The notes beneath the pieces are model-generated. The model did no database searches, was not told the DNA's origin, and was given only the letters and a program-made list of their open reading frames with translations. From positions 3,808,001 to 3,872,000 of the forward strand of contig OZ241917.1 in NCBI GenBank assembly GCA_965203805.1: DNA of 64,000 nt, in the 5' to 3' direction. Position 1 is the first letter of the stretch. Every line of letters starts with the position of its first letter. This document shows, one piece after another, positions 48,987-56,994 of the stretch. A program made the translations under genes and the position numbers. This DNA is from Candidatus Latescibacterota bacterium. Its GTDB lineage: Bacteria > Latescibacterota > UBA2968 > GCA-2709665.

Positions 48987-50225
48987 ATGGAACGGATCAA
49001 CCTGGGTCTGGTAGGGTGCGGCGGCATGGGAACGCGGCACCTCTATGGTCTCCGGACGCTTGCACGGTCACCATTCAACAGGATCGACTTGCGGGCGCTG
49101 TGCGACATCAATCGGGACAATGCCCGGTTGGCGGCCGCGGAAGCCAGGAAGCTGTTGGGTGTGGAGCCGGCGATCTTTACAGACCTGGAGGCAATGGCCG
49201 CCGCGATGCCGGAACTGGATGCTGTCGATGTGGTGACCGATCCTGCGGTGCATCACGAGGTTGTCTGCGCGGCACTGGACCTGGGCCTGCATGTGATGGT
49301 GGAAAAGCCGATGGCGATTACCGTGCGGGCCTGTCTGATGATGATTCAGGCGGCGGAACGGAACCGGCGCGTGCTTTCCGTGGCTGAGAACTACCGACGG
49401 GATCCGTCGGCGCGGCTGGCGCGGCATATGGTTGGCAGCGGAGCGATCGGAGTCCCGTATATGGGCCTGTTTCACCAGGTGAGCGAGGGCGGCCGGATTT
49501 TCATCACCCCGTGGCGCCACCTCAAAAACCGCGGCGGGCCACTGCTGGACATGGGCGTGCACTATACCGACCTGATCCGCTATCAGTTGGGGGATATCCG
49601 TGAAGTGTACGGCGACGTACGGCTTGTGGAGCCGGTGCGACGAAAGGCCGAGACGATGTGGAGGCCCTATGAGTTCTACCGGAAACAATACGATGATATG
49701 GATCCTGTCGTCCGGGCCGACGCCGAGGATTCGTCCGTGGCGATGTTTCGAATGGCTGGCGGCGCGACGGTGAATTGGGTGGTTGGCCTGGGAGGATACG
49801 GGGCATGTGGTAATCAGCTGATTCTCGGTACGGAGGGATGCATCGAGGGTTTCGGAACCCGCGGCGGGCGGGTGCGGATGCGTCGCGGGCGGCGCGATTT
49901 CCAGGAGCAGGAGGAGATGCTGGCATCCACGGACGGCTTCGAGCAGGATCCCCTGTCGGCCCATTTCTTTCCGTCCGGGCAAACGTCGTCCGATCGCGAG
50001 GTCGACTGGAAACTGCTCGCCATGGAGGTTCACGAGTTGGGCGAGGCCATTGCCGAGGGCAAGGCCGTGGAGGTCGACGGAGTTGAGGGCATGAAAGACG
50101 TCGCGGCGGTATACGCGGTGTTCGAGTCCGCGGCGGCGGGACGTGCGGTGCGGATGGCGGACGTGGAAAGCGGCGAAATCGACGCCTACCAGGCGGACAT
50201 TGACGCAGCGCTGGGTATTTCGTGA
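48987..50225 (+). CDS. Gfo/Idh/MocA family oxidoreductase
   Basis: GLVGCGGMG, VEKPMA, AENYR and GGPLLDMGVHYTD. Confidence 0.92.
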   Translation: MERINLGLVGCGGMGTRHLYGLRTLARSPFNRIDLRALCDINRDNARLAAAEARKLLGVEPAIFTDLEAMAAAMPELDAVDVVTDPAVHHEVVCAALDLGLHVMVEKPMAITVRACLMMIQAAERNRRVLSVAENYRRDPSARLARHMVGSGAIGVPYMGLFHQVSEGGRIFITPWRHLKNRGGPLLDMGVHYTDLIRYQLGDIREVYGDVRLVEPVRRKAETMWRPYEFYRKQYDDMDPVVRADAEDSSVAMFRMAGGATVNWVVGLGGYGACGNQLILGTEGCIEGFGTRGGRVRMRRGRRDFQEQEEMLASTDGFEQDPLSAHFFPSGQTSSDREVDWKLLAMEVHELGEAIAEGKAVEVDGVEGMKDVAAVYAVFESAAAGRAVRMADVESGEIDAYQADIDAALGIS

Positions 50226-50237
50226 AAGGAGCGTGAA

Positions 50238-51686
50238 GTGGCGGATGATCGACCGAACGTGGTGTTGATTACCACGGATCAGCAGAGGGGGGATTGCGTG
50301 GGTTTGGATCCGCACGCGCCGGAAGTATTGCAGACGCCCAACCTCGATTGGCTGGGCGGTACAGGGGCGTTTTTCAGCCGCGGATACTCGGAGTGTCCCA
50401 GCTGTATTCCCGCGAGGCGTTCCTTGATGACGGGTACGGCGCCCGCGGCGAATGGCGTCGTCGGGTTTCAGCCGGCGGACTGGGAGCCGGCGCATACCCT
50501 GGCGGGCGAACTCTCCAGGGCGGGCTATCAGACGGAGATGATCGGGAAGTTACACCTGTCGCCTGGGCGAAAGCGTTACGGATTCGACCATATGCAGCTT
50601 GCGGACGGCACGCGGGGAAGGGACAACGACTACGTGGACTGGTTGCGTGAGCGCCATGGACGTACGGAGTTGGATCCGGGGATGGCTCACGGGATCTCGT
50701 CGAACGGCTGGGTGGGACGGCCGCACCATCTGCCCGAGGAGCAGATGCATACGTTCTGGTGCGTGGACCGGGCAATGGCGTTTCTTCAGAAACGGGACCC
50801 CGCTGCCCCTTTCTTCCTGAATCTGTCGTTTATCGATCCACATCCGCCGTTGACGCCGCCGCGGTTCTATTATGACCGCTACATCAATCGCGATTTACCG
50901 GAACCCGTTGTGGGAGATTGGGCGCCCGAATTCGATGGGCCGCGGAAGGGGCTGGATCCCGATGCTTCGGAGATCTGTCTCAGTGTGCAGGACATGCAGT
51001 GTGCGCGCGCGGCATACTACGGAATGGTGAATTTCATCGACGACCAGATAGGTCGGCTGATTCAGTTCGCGCGGGGTCTGCTGAATGAGAGTCTTATCAT
51101 CTTCACGTCCGACCACGGTGAGATGCTCGGGGACCATCACCGGTTCCGGAAAACGTGGCCCTACGAGGCGTCGGCGCGGGTGCCGTATCTGATCAGAGCG
51201 TCGCGGAGTTGGGGGGCGCCGGAATCGGTAACCTGTCGCACGCCGGTCGGACTTCAGGACATCATGCCGACGATTCTGGATGCCTGCGGCCTGGAAGTAC
51301 CGGAGACCTGTACCGGAAGGAGCCTGGCGCCGGTGTTGCGCGGCGAATCGGAGGGCGTCCGCGATGTGTTGCACGGCGAACACTCCGGCTGCTATGCGTA
51401 CGAGCACGGAAATCACTTCGTGACCGATGGGCGCCACAAATACGTATGGTACACGCAGACCGGCCGGGAGCACCTGTTCAACCTGGACGAAGACCCGCAA
51501 GAACTGAAAGACCTGGCGATGGGCGACGGTGCGGAGGGGCGGTTGGGGCCCTGGCGAAAGCGGCTGGCGGGGTTCCTCAGAGACAGACCGGAAGGGTTCA
51601 CGGACGGGGAGACGTTGATTGCCGGCCGGGAACATCGGTCGGTGATGCCGGGATACGAACCGGCGCGGATGTTTCCGTTTCTTTAG
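50238..51686 (+). CDS. Formylglycine-dependent sulfatase
   Basis: PNVVLITTDQQR, CIPAR (CxPxR), GKLH, PHPP and SDHGEMLG. Confidence 0.93.
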   Translation: MADDRPNVVLITTDQQRGDCVGLDPHAPEVLQTPNLDWLGGTGAFFSRGYSECPSCIPARRSLMTGTAPAANGVVGFQPADWEPAHTLAGELSRAGYQTEMIGKLHLSPGRKRYGFDHMQLADGTRGRDNDYVDWLRERHGRTELDPGMAHGISSNGWVGRPHHLPEEQMHTFWCVDRAMAFLQKRDPAAPFFLNLSFIDPHPPLTPPRFYYDRYINRDLPEPVVGDWAPEFDGPRKGLDPDASEICLSVQDMQCARAAYYGMVNFIDDQIGRLIQFARGLLNESLIIFTSDHGEMLGDHHRFRKTWPYEASARVPYLIRASRSWGAPESVTCRTPVGLQDIMPTILDACGLEVPETCTGRSLAPVLRGESEGVRDVLHGEHSGCYAYEHGNHFVTDGRHKYVWYTQTGREHLFNLDEDPQELKDLAMGDGAEGRLGPWRKRLAGFLRDRPEGFTDGETLIAGREHRSVMPGYEPARMFPFL

Positions 51687-51691
51687 GTTGA

Positions 51692-51884
51692 ACTTTGATT
51701 CGTCATTTTTCGGGGACGTTAATTCGAAAATGTGCAAGTGAATAAAGGCGATTTAACTGCTGATTTCTATGATGCTTCAGGTCACCGGACGTGAACGGAA
51801 AAAATGTCCTTCCGGACGACCTTTTCGGCCCAATTCGAAAGGCTTTGTCGCGACGCCGCGTTGCTGATTTTGTCGCACTAAGGT
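51692..51884 (+). mobile_element. 193-bp MITE-like element, copy 1
   Basis: Imperfect terminal inverted repeats ACTTTGATTCGTCA / TGTCGCACTAAGGT; flanked by GA...GA. Confidence 0.7.
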
Positions 51885-52056
51885 GAATCCCCCACGGCCG
51901 CCGCTGCTGGTTTCAATTGCAGGGGCTGGTGACGCCCGCTATATTTCAATGGCCTTTTCAATACGAGGATCGTCACAATCACCCCAACCGTACCCACTGG
52001 CACCTGCCTGGCTGTGGCTGAGCAGAGCGAAGCCGCGCCAGCGGGAATAATTCTTA

Positions 52057-52249
52057 ACCTTGATTCGTCATTATTCGGGGACGTTAATTCGAATATGTGC
52101 AAGTAAATAAAGGTGATTTAACTGCTGATTTCTGTGATCCTTCAGGTCACTGGACGTGAACGGAAAAAATGTCCTTCCGGACGACCTTTTCGGCCCAATT
52201 CGAAAGGTGTTGTCGCGCCGCCGCGTTGCTGATTTTGTCGCATTAAGGT
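52057..52249 (+). mobile_element. 193-bp MITE-like element, copy 2
   Basis: Terminal inverted repeats ACCTTGATTCGTCA / TGTCGCATTAAGGT; flanked by TA...TA; highly similar to copy 1. Confidence 0.72.
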
Positions 52250-52318
52250 TAGGTCTTTATCCTGTTCATCCTGTCCATCCATGTTGTATGTTATTCAGAT
52301 TAGAAAGGAGAAGCAAGA

Positions 52319-52750
52319 ATGGATTCGTTCAAACGCATCGTCGGTGTCTATCTGATCCTCGTGGCCGCCGTGGTTGCCATCCACACGGTCGTCGAACCGC
52401 TGTATTATACGTCCACCGAAGCCAGTCCGTACAGCCCGCACTGGAGCAAGATCAACGCGCTTATGGTGCTGGCGATCGTATTGGGTCTGGTATTCGGGTG
52501 CATCCGCAAGCGGGGCGTTGGCGGCGAGGAAGGGAGCGCGGTTACCCGGGAGTACCTGGAAGCGCATGTCCTGTTCTACGGCCTTCTTTTTGTGGCCATT
52601 CTCTTTTTCTGGAATTTCTTCAACCTGCACAGTCCCGGCTTTACGGCGATTGCGCACGATACCGCATCGGCAGTGTGGATTGTGATCGACGCCGCCCTGC
52701 CGATCATCCTGGGTGCAATGGGCGCCTCTCTGCTCAGATCCCGGGGGTAA
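52319..52750 (+). CDS. Hypothetical membrane protein (four predicted TM segments)
   Basis: Four hydrophobic stretches and an AAAGGAG RBS. Confidence 0.75.
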   Translation: MDSFKRIVGVYLILVAAVVAIHTVVEPLYYTSTEASPYSPHWSKINALMVLAIVLGLVFGCIRKRGVGGEEGSAVTREYLEAHVLFYGLLFVAILFFWNFFNLHSPGFTAIAHDTASAVWIVIDAALPIILGAMGASLLRSRG

Positions 52751-52886
52751 ATCGGGACCAATCCAGGCGCAGGTCTGGCGCATCGGCTAGGTGAATGACA
52801 AAGCCGTCAGCTGGTCTGAAACCCAGTCTGACGGCTTTACCAATTCAGGTGTTCCTGTCGACAGGCTGCGCAGGTCGATCGCAGGT

Positions 52887-53282
52887 TCAACGCGTTCTTT
52901 CACGCGCGATCAGCAGGTCGGCAGGAATGCCCAGGTTCTCGGTGAGCGACCCGATCTGGCGAAGCGACAGGTTTCGCCTGCCGCTGAAGAATTCCGAGAC
53001 GCGGCTTCTGCCGCCGAGCCATTCGGCGAGATCGGATCGCGAGAGTCCTTTCTGTTCCAGCATAAATGCCACGATCTCTCGGGGATCCATGGTATCATCC
53101 ATGGGAAATCTGACGTCTTCGTACGCCTGTACCAGAACCGATAGAAACTCCAGCCGTTCGTATGCTTCTGAATCAGGCTGGGGATCGGCATCGAGCAGGT
53201 GATCGATTTCGCCCAAAGCCGCGTTGTACTCGTCCTCGTTTCTTAGAACGTGAGGTCTCGTAAAATCGAGAAGCATTGCCAT
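52887..53282 (-). CDS. higA: HigA-family HTH antitoxin
   Basis: NEDEYNAAL, LSVLVQAYED and MLEQKGLSRSDLAEWLGGRSRVSE...RNLSL. AAAGGA RBS. Confidence 0.88.
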   Translation of the reverse strand: MAMLLDFTRPHVLRNEDEYNAALGEIDHLLDADPQPDSEAYERLEFLSVLVQAYEDVRFPMDDTMDPREIVAFMLEQKGLSRSDLAEWLGGRSRVSEFFSGRRNLSLRQIGSLTENLGIPADLLIARERTR

Positions 53283-53304
53283 ATCCGATTCCTTTTGGGA
53301 ACGT

Positions 53305-53601
53305 TCACAGATTGCTGCTTCGGATGCGTCGGGCGTATTCCTGGTGCGTAAGCACGTGTCGGATGTAAACCCTCCCGAGGTCGTAACGCATATCGACAAT
53401 CAGCCTGTACTTGTTGCCACCGATGTTGAAAACTGTCCGCCAACTTCCAAGGAAACTTGCAGTGGGAAAATCACGTCGAACTTCGTAAGGGCTGAGGTAG
53501 CTTTTTGATCTTACGATGGCCAGCCAGGCTCTGAGGGGCCGCTGGGAGTCCGAATGCTTCCGCCAGAATTCCAGCAGTTTCTTGCGGGAAATTACGTGCA
53601 T
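53305..53601 (-). CDS. higB: HigB-family toxin (RelE-like)
   Basis: MHVISRKKL, VFNIGGNKYRLI and VLTHQEY. Confidence 0.92.
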   Translation of the reverse strand: MHVISRKKLLEFWRKHSDSQRPLRAWLAIVRSKSYLSPYEVRRDFPTASFLGSWRTVFNIGGNKYRLIVDMRYDLGRVYIRHVLTHQEYARRIRSSNL

Positions 53602-53630
53602 CGGGGAATACCATTGGTTACCTGGATCAT

Positions 53631-53665
53631 GTTCCCAATATGGTAACTTCAGATTGAATTGTCAA
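53631..53665 (-). promoter_or_regulatory. higBA promoter with a palindromic operator over the -10
   Basis: Minus strand TTGACA-N17-CATATT; imperfect palindrome GTTCCCA-ATA-TGGTAAC at 53631-53647. Confidence 0.65.
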
Positions 53666-53669
53666 GAGA

Positions 53670-54569
53670 TTATTCCTGATTTGTTCGAATCGATCGTGAA
53701 CCGAGTTGCTGGATCAGCAGGCCGACGACGATGAGAATCAGTCCGATGGGGGTGGAGAGAAGGATTTCTTCGCCCACCAGGAAATGGATGAAGACCAGGG
53801 AGACGAACGGAGAGATGAAGATCAGGTTGGCGACTCTGGCCGTGGTTTCGGAGAGTCGTAACGCGACGAGCCAGAAGACGAAGGCGATGCCCATTTCGAT
53901 AACCCCCACGTAGGCTGCGCCCAGAAGGCCGTAGGGACTGGAAACATGGACGTCCGAAAAGAGCAGGCAGAGGACGAAGAGAAACGGCAGGGCAAACGTG
54001 AAGTTGAGGAATAGGCCGACAACCGCGTCGCGTTCATCGCGCGTATTGTAAATCCAGTATAACGCCCATACAATCGTGCTCCCAAGGGCCAGGGTGACTC
54101 CTGCGGGATCTGAGAGCCGGAAGTCCAGGATGTTGCCGCGCGTGGAGATCACCAGAACGCCTGCATAACACACGAACCCCGCGAGGATTTCCTGTGGTCT
54201 AATGCGCTGTTTCAATAGTGGAATGGACAGGATCGAGAGCGTGATCGCCCAGGTGTAGTTCAGGGGCTGGGCTTCCTGAGCGGGCAGAAGATCGTACGCC
54301 TTGAAGAGGATCAGGTAGTAGAGGCACGGGTTGAGCAGGCCGAGAAGGACGGACTTCAGATATTGTCGTCTTGAGTACGAAAAAACGAGGCGTTGTTTGC
54401 CCTGGATGATCACAATGAGTCCCAAGGTCAACGTTGACGCCAGGCCCGCATAGAGCAGAAGTTGGAGGGGATCCAGGTACCGGAGGGAGATCTTGAAGGC
54501 GGAGGCGACGGTGGACCAGAGAAGAACCGTGGCGATGGCGTAGAGGTAGGCTTTATTCTGGTCGCGCAT
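53670..54569 (-). CDS. DMT/EamA-family transporter
   Basis: About 10 TM segments; LLWSTVA, AQPLNYTW and LIFISPF. Confidence 0.88.
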   Translation of the reverse strand: MRDQNKAYLYAIATVLLWSTVASAFKISLRYLDPLQLLLYAGLASTLTLGLIVIIQGKQRLVFSYSRRQYLKSVLLGLLNPCLYYLILFKAYDLLPAQEAQPLNYTWAITLSILSIPLLKQRIRPQEILAGFVCYAGVLVISTRGNILDFRLSDPAGVTLALGSTIVWALYWIYNTRDERDAVVGLFLNFTFALPFLFVLCLLFSDVHVSSPYGLLGAAYVGVIEMGIAFVFWLVALRLSETTARVANLIFISPFVSLVFIHFLVGEEILLSTPIGLILIVVGLLIQQLGSRSIRTNQE

Positions 54570-54585
54570 CGAGCGTACGGGTAAC

Positions 54586-54612
54586 AGGGGCGACCACATG
54601 GGTCGCCCCTAC
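54586..54612 (-). repeat. GTAG-type REP palindrome
   Basis: Minus strand GTAGGGGCGACCCATGTGGTCGCCCCT; compensatory stem changes relative to the 33182 copy. Confidence 0.7.
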
Positions 54613-54690
54613 ATTGACAAGGCACCCGCGAATTGATTTCGAGAGGCCGTATCGCAATCCGGTTTTGGCGGAAAGCTGACCGCTTCTCTT

Positions 54691-55626
54691 CTATTCCTTC
54701 TCGACTTTGTCCAGTTTGCGTTCGTAACTCATATCGACCTCGGCGCGGATATTGTCCACGGGTTTCCGGTGGTCTATCCGCCTGACCTCGGGGCGCGTGA
54801 GGTTCGTCCGCATTTTGTGAGAGACTACAATACCGCGGGTGGCGTCGATGACCCAGTCGCCCTTCCCTTCTCCTGTCCCGTGGACAACCAGAGAAAGGGA
54901 GCCGATATTGACGAACGCCTTGTAGCGGACTTTTCTGTCTTCCTCGAACGTGACGATTTTATTTCCCTTCTTGGAACCGACATTTTTTACTTTGTAATTG
55001 CTCTTGAGTTCCACAATGGCCTCGTCATCCAACACCAGGAACGGGGTCTTGAAATTCGTCTCACCGGTCCAGGTGTCGCCGGGTCCGACCGGACCCGGAG
55101 GAAGGACCGGTTGAAGTTCGGGCGTCCAGATTTGCAGCAAGTCCGTGAGGACGTCCGGACGGTTGAGTTCCCGTGCGGAATTTTTGCTCGAGTGCCGTTC
55201 AACCGTGCCGTCCGGCGAAAGAAACCACGTGAGTTCCCAGTCGTCCAACTGCTCCAGCGTATAGGGAAACTGGTCGTGTGTAAGCCGTTTGTTTTCGAAG
55301 AAAAAGCCGTTGACGGCCTTGCTTAGTTTTGCGACAAGCCGTGTGACATTTCCGTCGGATTCACCATCTGAGCCGGCATGGACGCTTTCCCGGCTTCGCC
55401 ATTCGCCCCTGATCTCGCCCGAGGTAAATCCCCGCTTCGTGCGTCCGGGCACGATCACTTCGGAGCGGTCGCTCTTGATGGCGAAAGAGTACTTGTGCTT
55501 GTATTTGATGGTACGACCGTCCGGATAGGTGACCTGAAGCGCGACTTTGTCCGCGGCGCGAATGGATGCGCCTGATGACAACAGCAACGCCAGACACAGG
55601 ACCGGCGGCATGCCCAGGGATTTCAT
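54691..55626 (-). CDS. Secreted hypothetical beta-rich protein
   Basis: Signal peptide and LPPGPVGPGDTW motif. AAAGGAGG RBS before the ATG at 55626. Confidence 0.75.
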   Translation of the reverse strand: MKSLGMPPVLCLALLLSSGASIRAADKVALQVTYPDGRTIKYKHKYSFAIKSDRSEVIVPGRTKRGFTSGEIRGEWRSRESVHAGSDGESDGNVTRLVAKLSKAVNGFFFENKRLTHDQFPYTLEQLDDWELTWFLSPDGTVERHSSKNSARELNRPDVLTDLLQIWTPELQPVLPPGPVGPGDTWTGETNFKTPFLVLDDEAIVELKSNYKVKNVGSKKGNKIVTFEEDRKVRYKAFVNIGSLSLVVHGTGEGKGDWVIDATRGIVVSHKMRTNLTRPEVRRIDHRKPVDNIRAEVDMSYERKLDKVEKE

Positions 55627-55652
55627 GTTGAGTCCTCCTTTGTGAACGACCG

Positions 55653-56906
55653 TCACTTGAAAAGAAGCCCGAAATAGAAGAGAGGGCTGAAGAGTTTCTT
55701 CTTGGGAACGGCATTGGCGATCATGCCGGTGATGAGTTCGCTGATCTGCCGATTCTGCGCCGCCTTCTGAATGACGAGATTGAGCAGGGGCCGCCAGCGG
55801 CCCAGGTCCTGCAGGCGCTTGCTGGTTCTGAGCTCGTCGCCGATGGCATCCCACAAACGGTCTTCGTATCGTTTCAGGAAGGCTTCGCTGAAGTCATTCG
55901 CCGCCCGGGCTTCGGCGGCGACCTGAGCGGCGAAGCGAGCGGCATACAGAGCGTTGCCGATGCCCTCCCCCGTAAAGGGGTCGATCAGCCCGGCGGCGTC
56001 GCCGAGCAGCATGAATCCGTTGCCGTAGCTCTTCCTTCGGATGCTGCCGATGGGCAGGTTCCATCCGATGGGTTCTTCCATGGCGCGCGCATTCGCGAAC
56101 CGCCGGTCGAACGGCGGGCGGTTGATCACCGACTGAAGCGCGTCCTTCAGGTTGACTTTGCGGCGTTTGAGGCTGCTGTGCAGCATGCCGATGCCGACGT
56201 TCGCATAGCCGTTCTCAAGGGGAAAGGCCCAGAAGTATCCCGGCAGGACTTCATTGACGAAGTGCAGTTCGATCTGGTCCTTCAGGCCCGTCACGTTCTC
56301 GTAGTAACAGCGCAGGGCAACAACCCAGTGGCGGCCGTCGTGGCGATACTGTCCCGTTCGTCGGGCGACGATGGAGTTGAAGCCGTCACAACCCATCACC
56401 AGGCTGGCGCGGAAAGTGCGCTGTTGTCCGTTAGCGCTGCCGGTTACGCCCGTGACGGTTCCGTCTTCCCTGACAAGGTCCTTTACGGTAAATCCCTCGA
56501 TGCACGTATCGACGGAATTACGGGCCTCGCCGAACAGAAAGGCGTCGAAAACCGTCCGGCGGATGACAAACCCCTCCATGGGGAGATCACGCCCGGTACC
56601 GATGTCGTGAAGGGTATGCCGCTCCAGGTCGATCCAGGCATCCACGTGATTCGGGCTGCTGAAGACGATTTTATTGATAAATGCGCCGGGCAGGTCCCGG
56701 ATCTTATCGAGCAGTCCGAGTTCGAGCAGGACAGCCACGGCTTTTCCCGACAGGGCGTCGCCGCAGACTTTGTCTCTGGGAAAAGTGGATTTGTCCAGCA
56801 GAAGGGTCTTGAGACCGTGTCGGGATGCGTACAATGCGGCGGCGGCGCCCGCCGGCCCCGCGCCGACGATGATCAGATCGTAGGTGGCTCGTTGAAGGTC
56901 CGGCAT
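55653..56906 (-). CDS. Geranylgeranyl reductase-family FAD oxidoreductase
   Basis: VGAGPAG, FPRDKVCGD, GCDG, GYFWAFP and LGDAAGLIDPFTGEGI. Confidence 0.9.
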   Translation of the reverse strand: MPDLQRATYDLIIVGAGPAGAAAALYASRHGLKTLLLDKSTFPRDKVCGDALSGKAVAVLLELGLLDKIRDLPGAFINKIVFSSPNHVDAWIDLERHTLHDIGTGRDLPMEGFVIRRTVFDAFLFGEARNSVDTCIEGFTVKDLVREDGTVTGVTGSANGQQRTFRASLVMGCDGFNSIVARRTGQYRHDGRHWVVALRCYYENVTGLKDQIELHFVNEVLPGYFWAFPLENGYANVGIGMLHSSLKRRKVNLKDALQSVINRPPFDRRFANARAMEEPIGWNLPIGSIRRKSYGNGFMLLGDAAGLIDPFTGEGIGNALYAARFAAQVAAEARAANDFSEAFLKRYEDRLWDAIGDELRTSKRLQDLGRWRPLLNLVIQKAAQNRQISELITGMIANAVPKKKLFSPLFYFGLLFK

Positions 56907-56994
56907 AGAGTCTCGGAATTGCAACGTCGTTGAATTCGTCCTTCGGTACCACTTAACTTATCCTGATCGGGCGCACGCGTCAAGCGGGAAAACC

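Noticed and set aside
51692-52249. Repeat-spacer-repeat as a CRISPR array
   Set aside because: The repeats are 193 bp, there are only two adjacent copies, and no cas genes are present.
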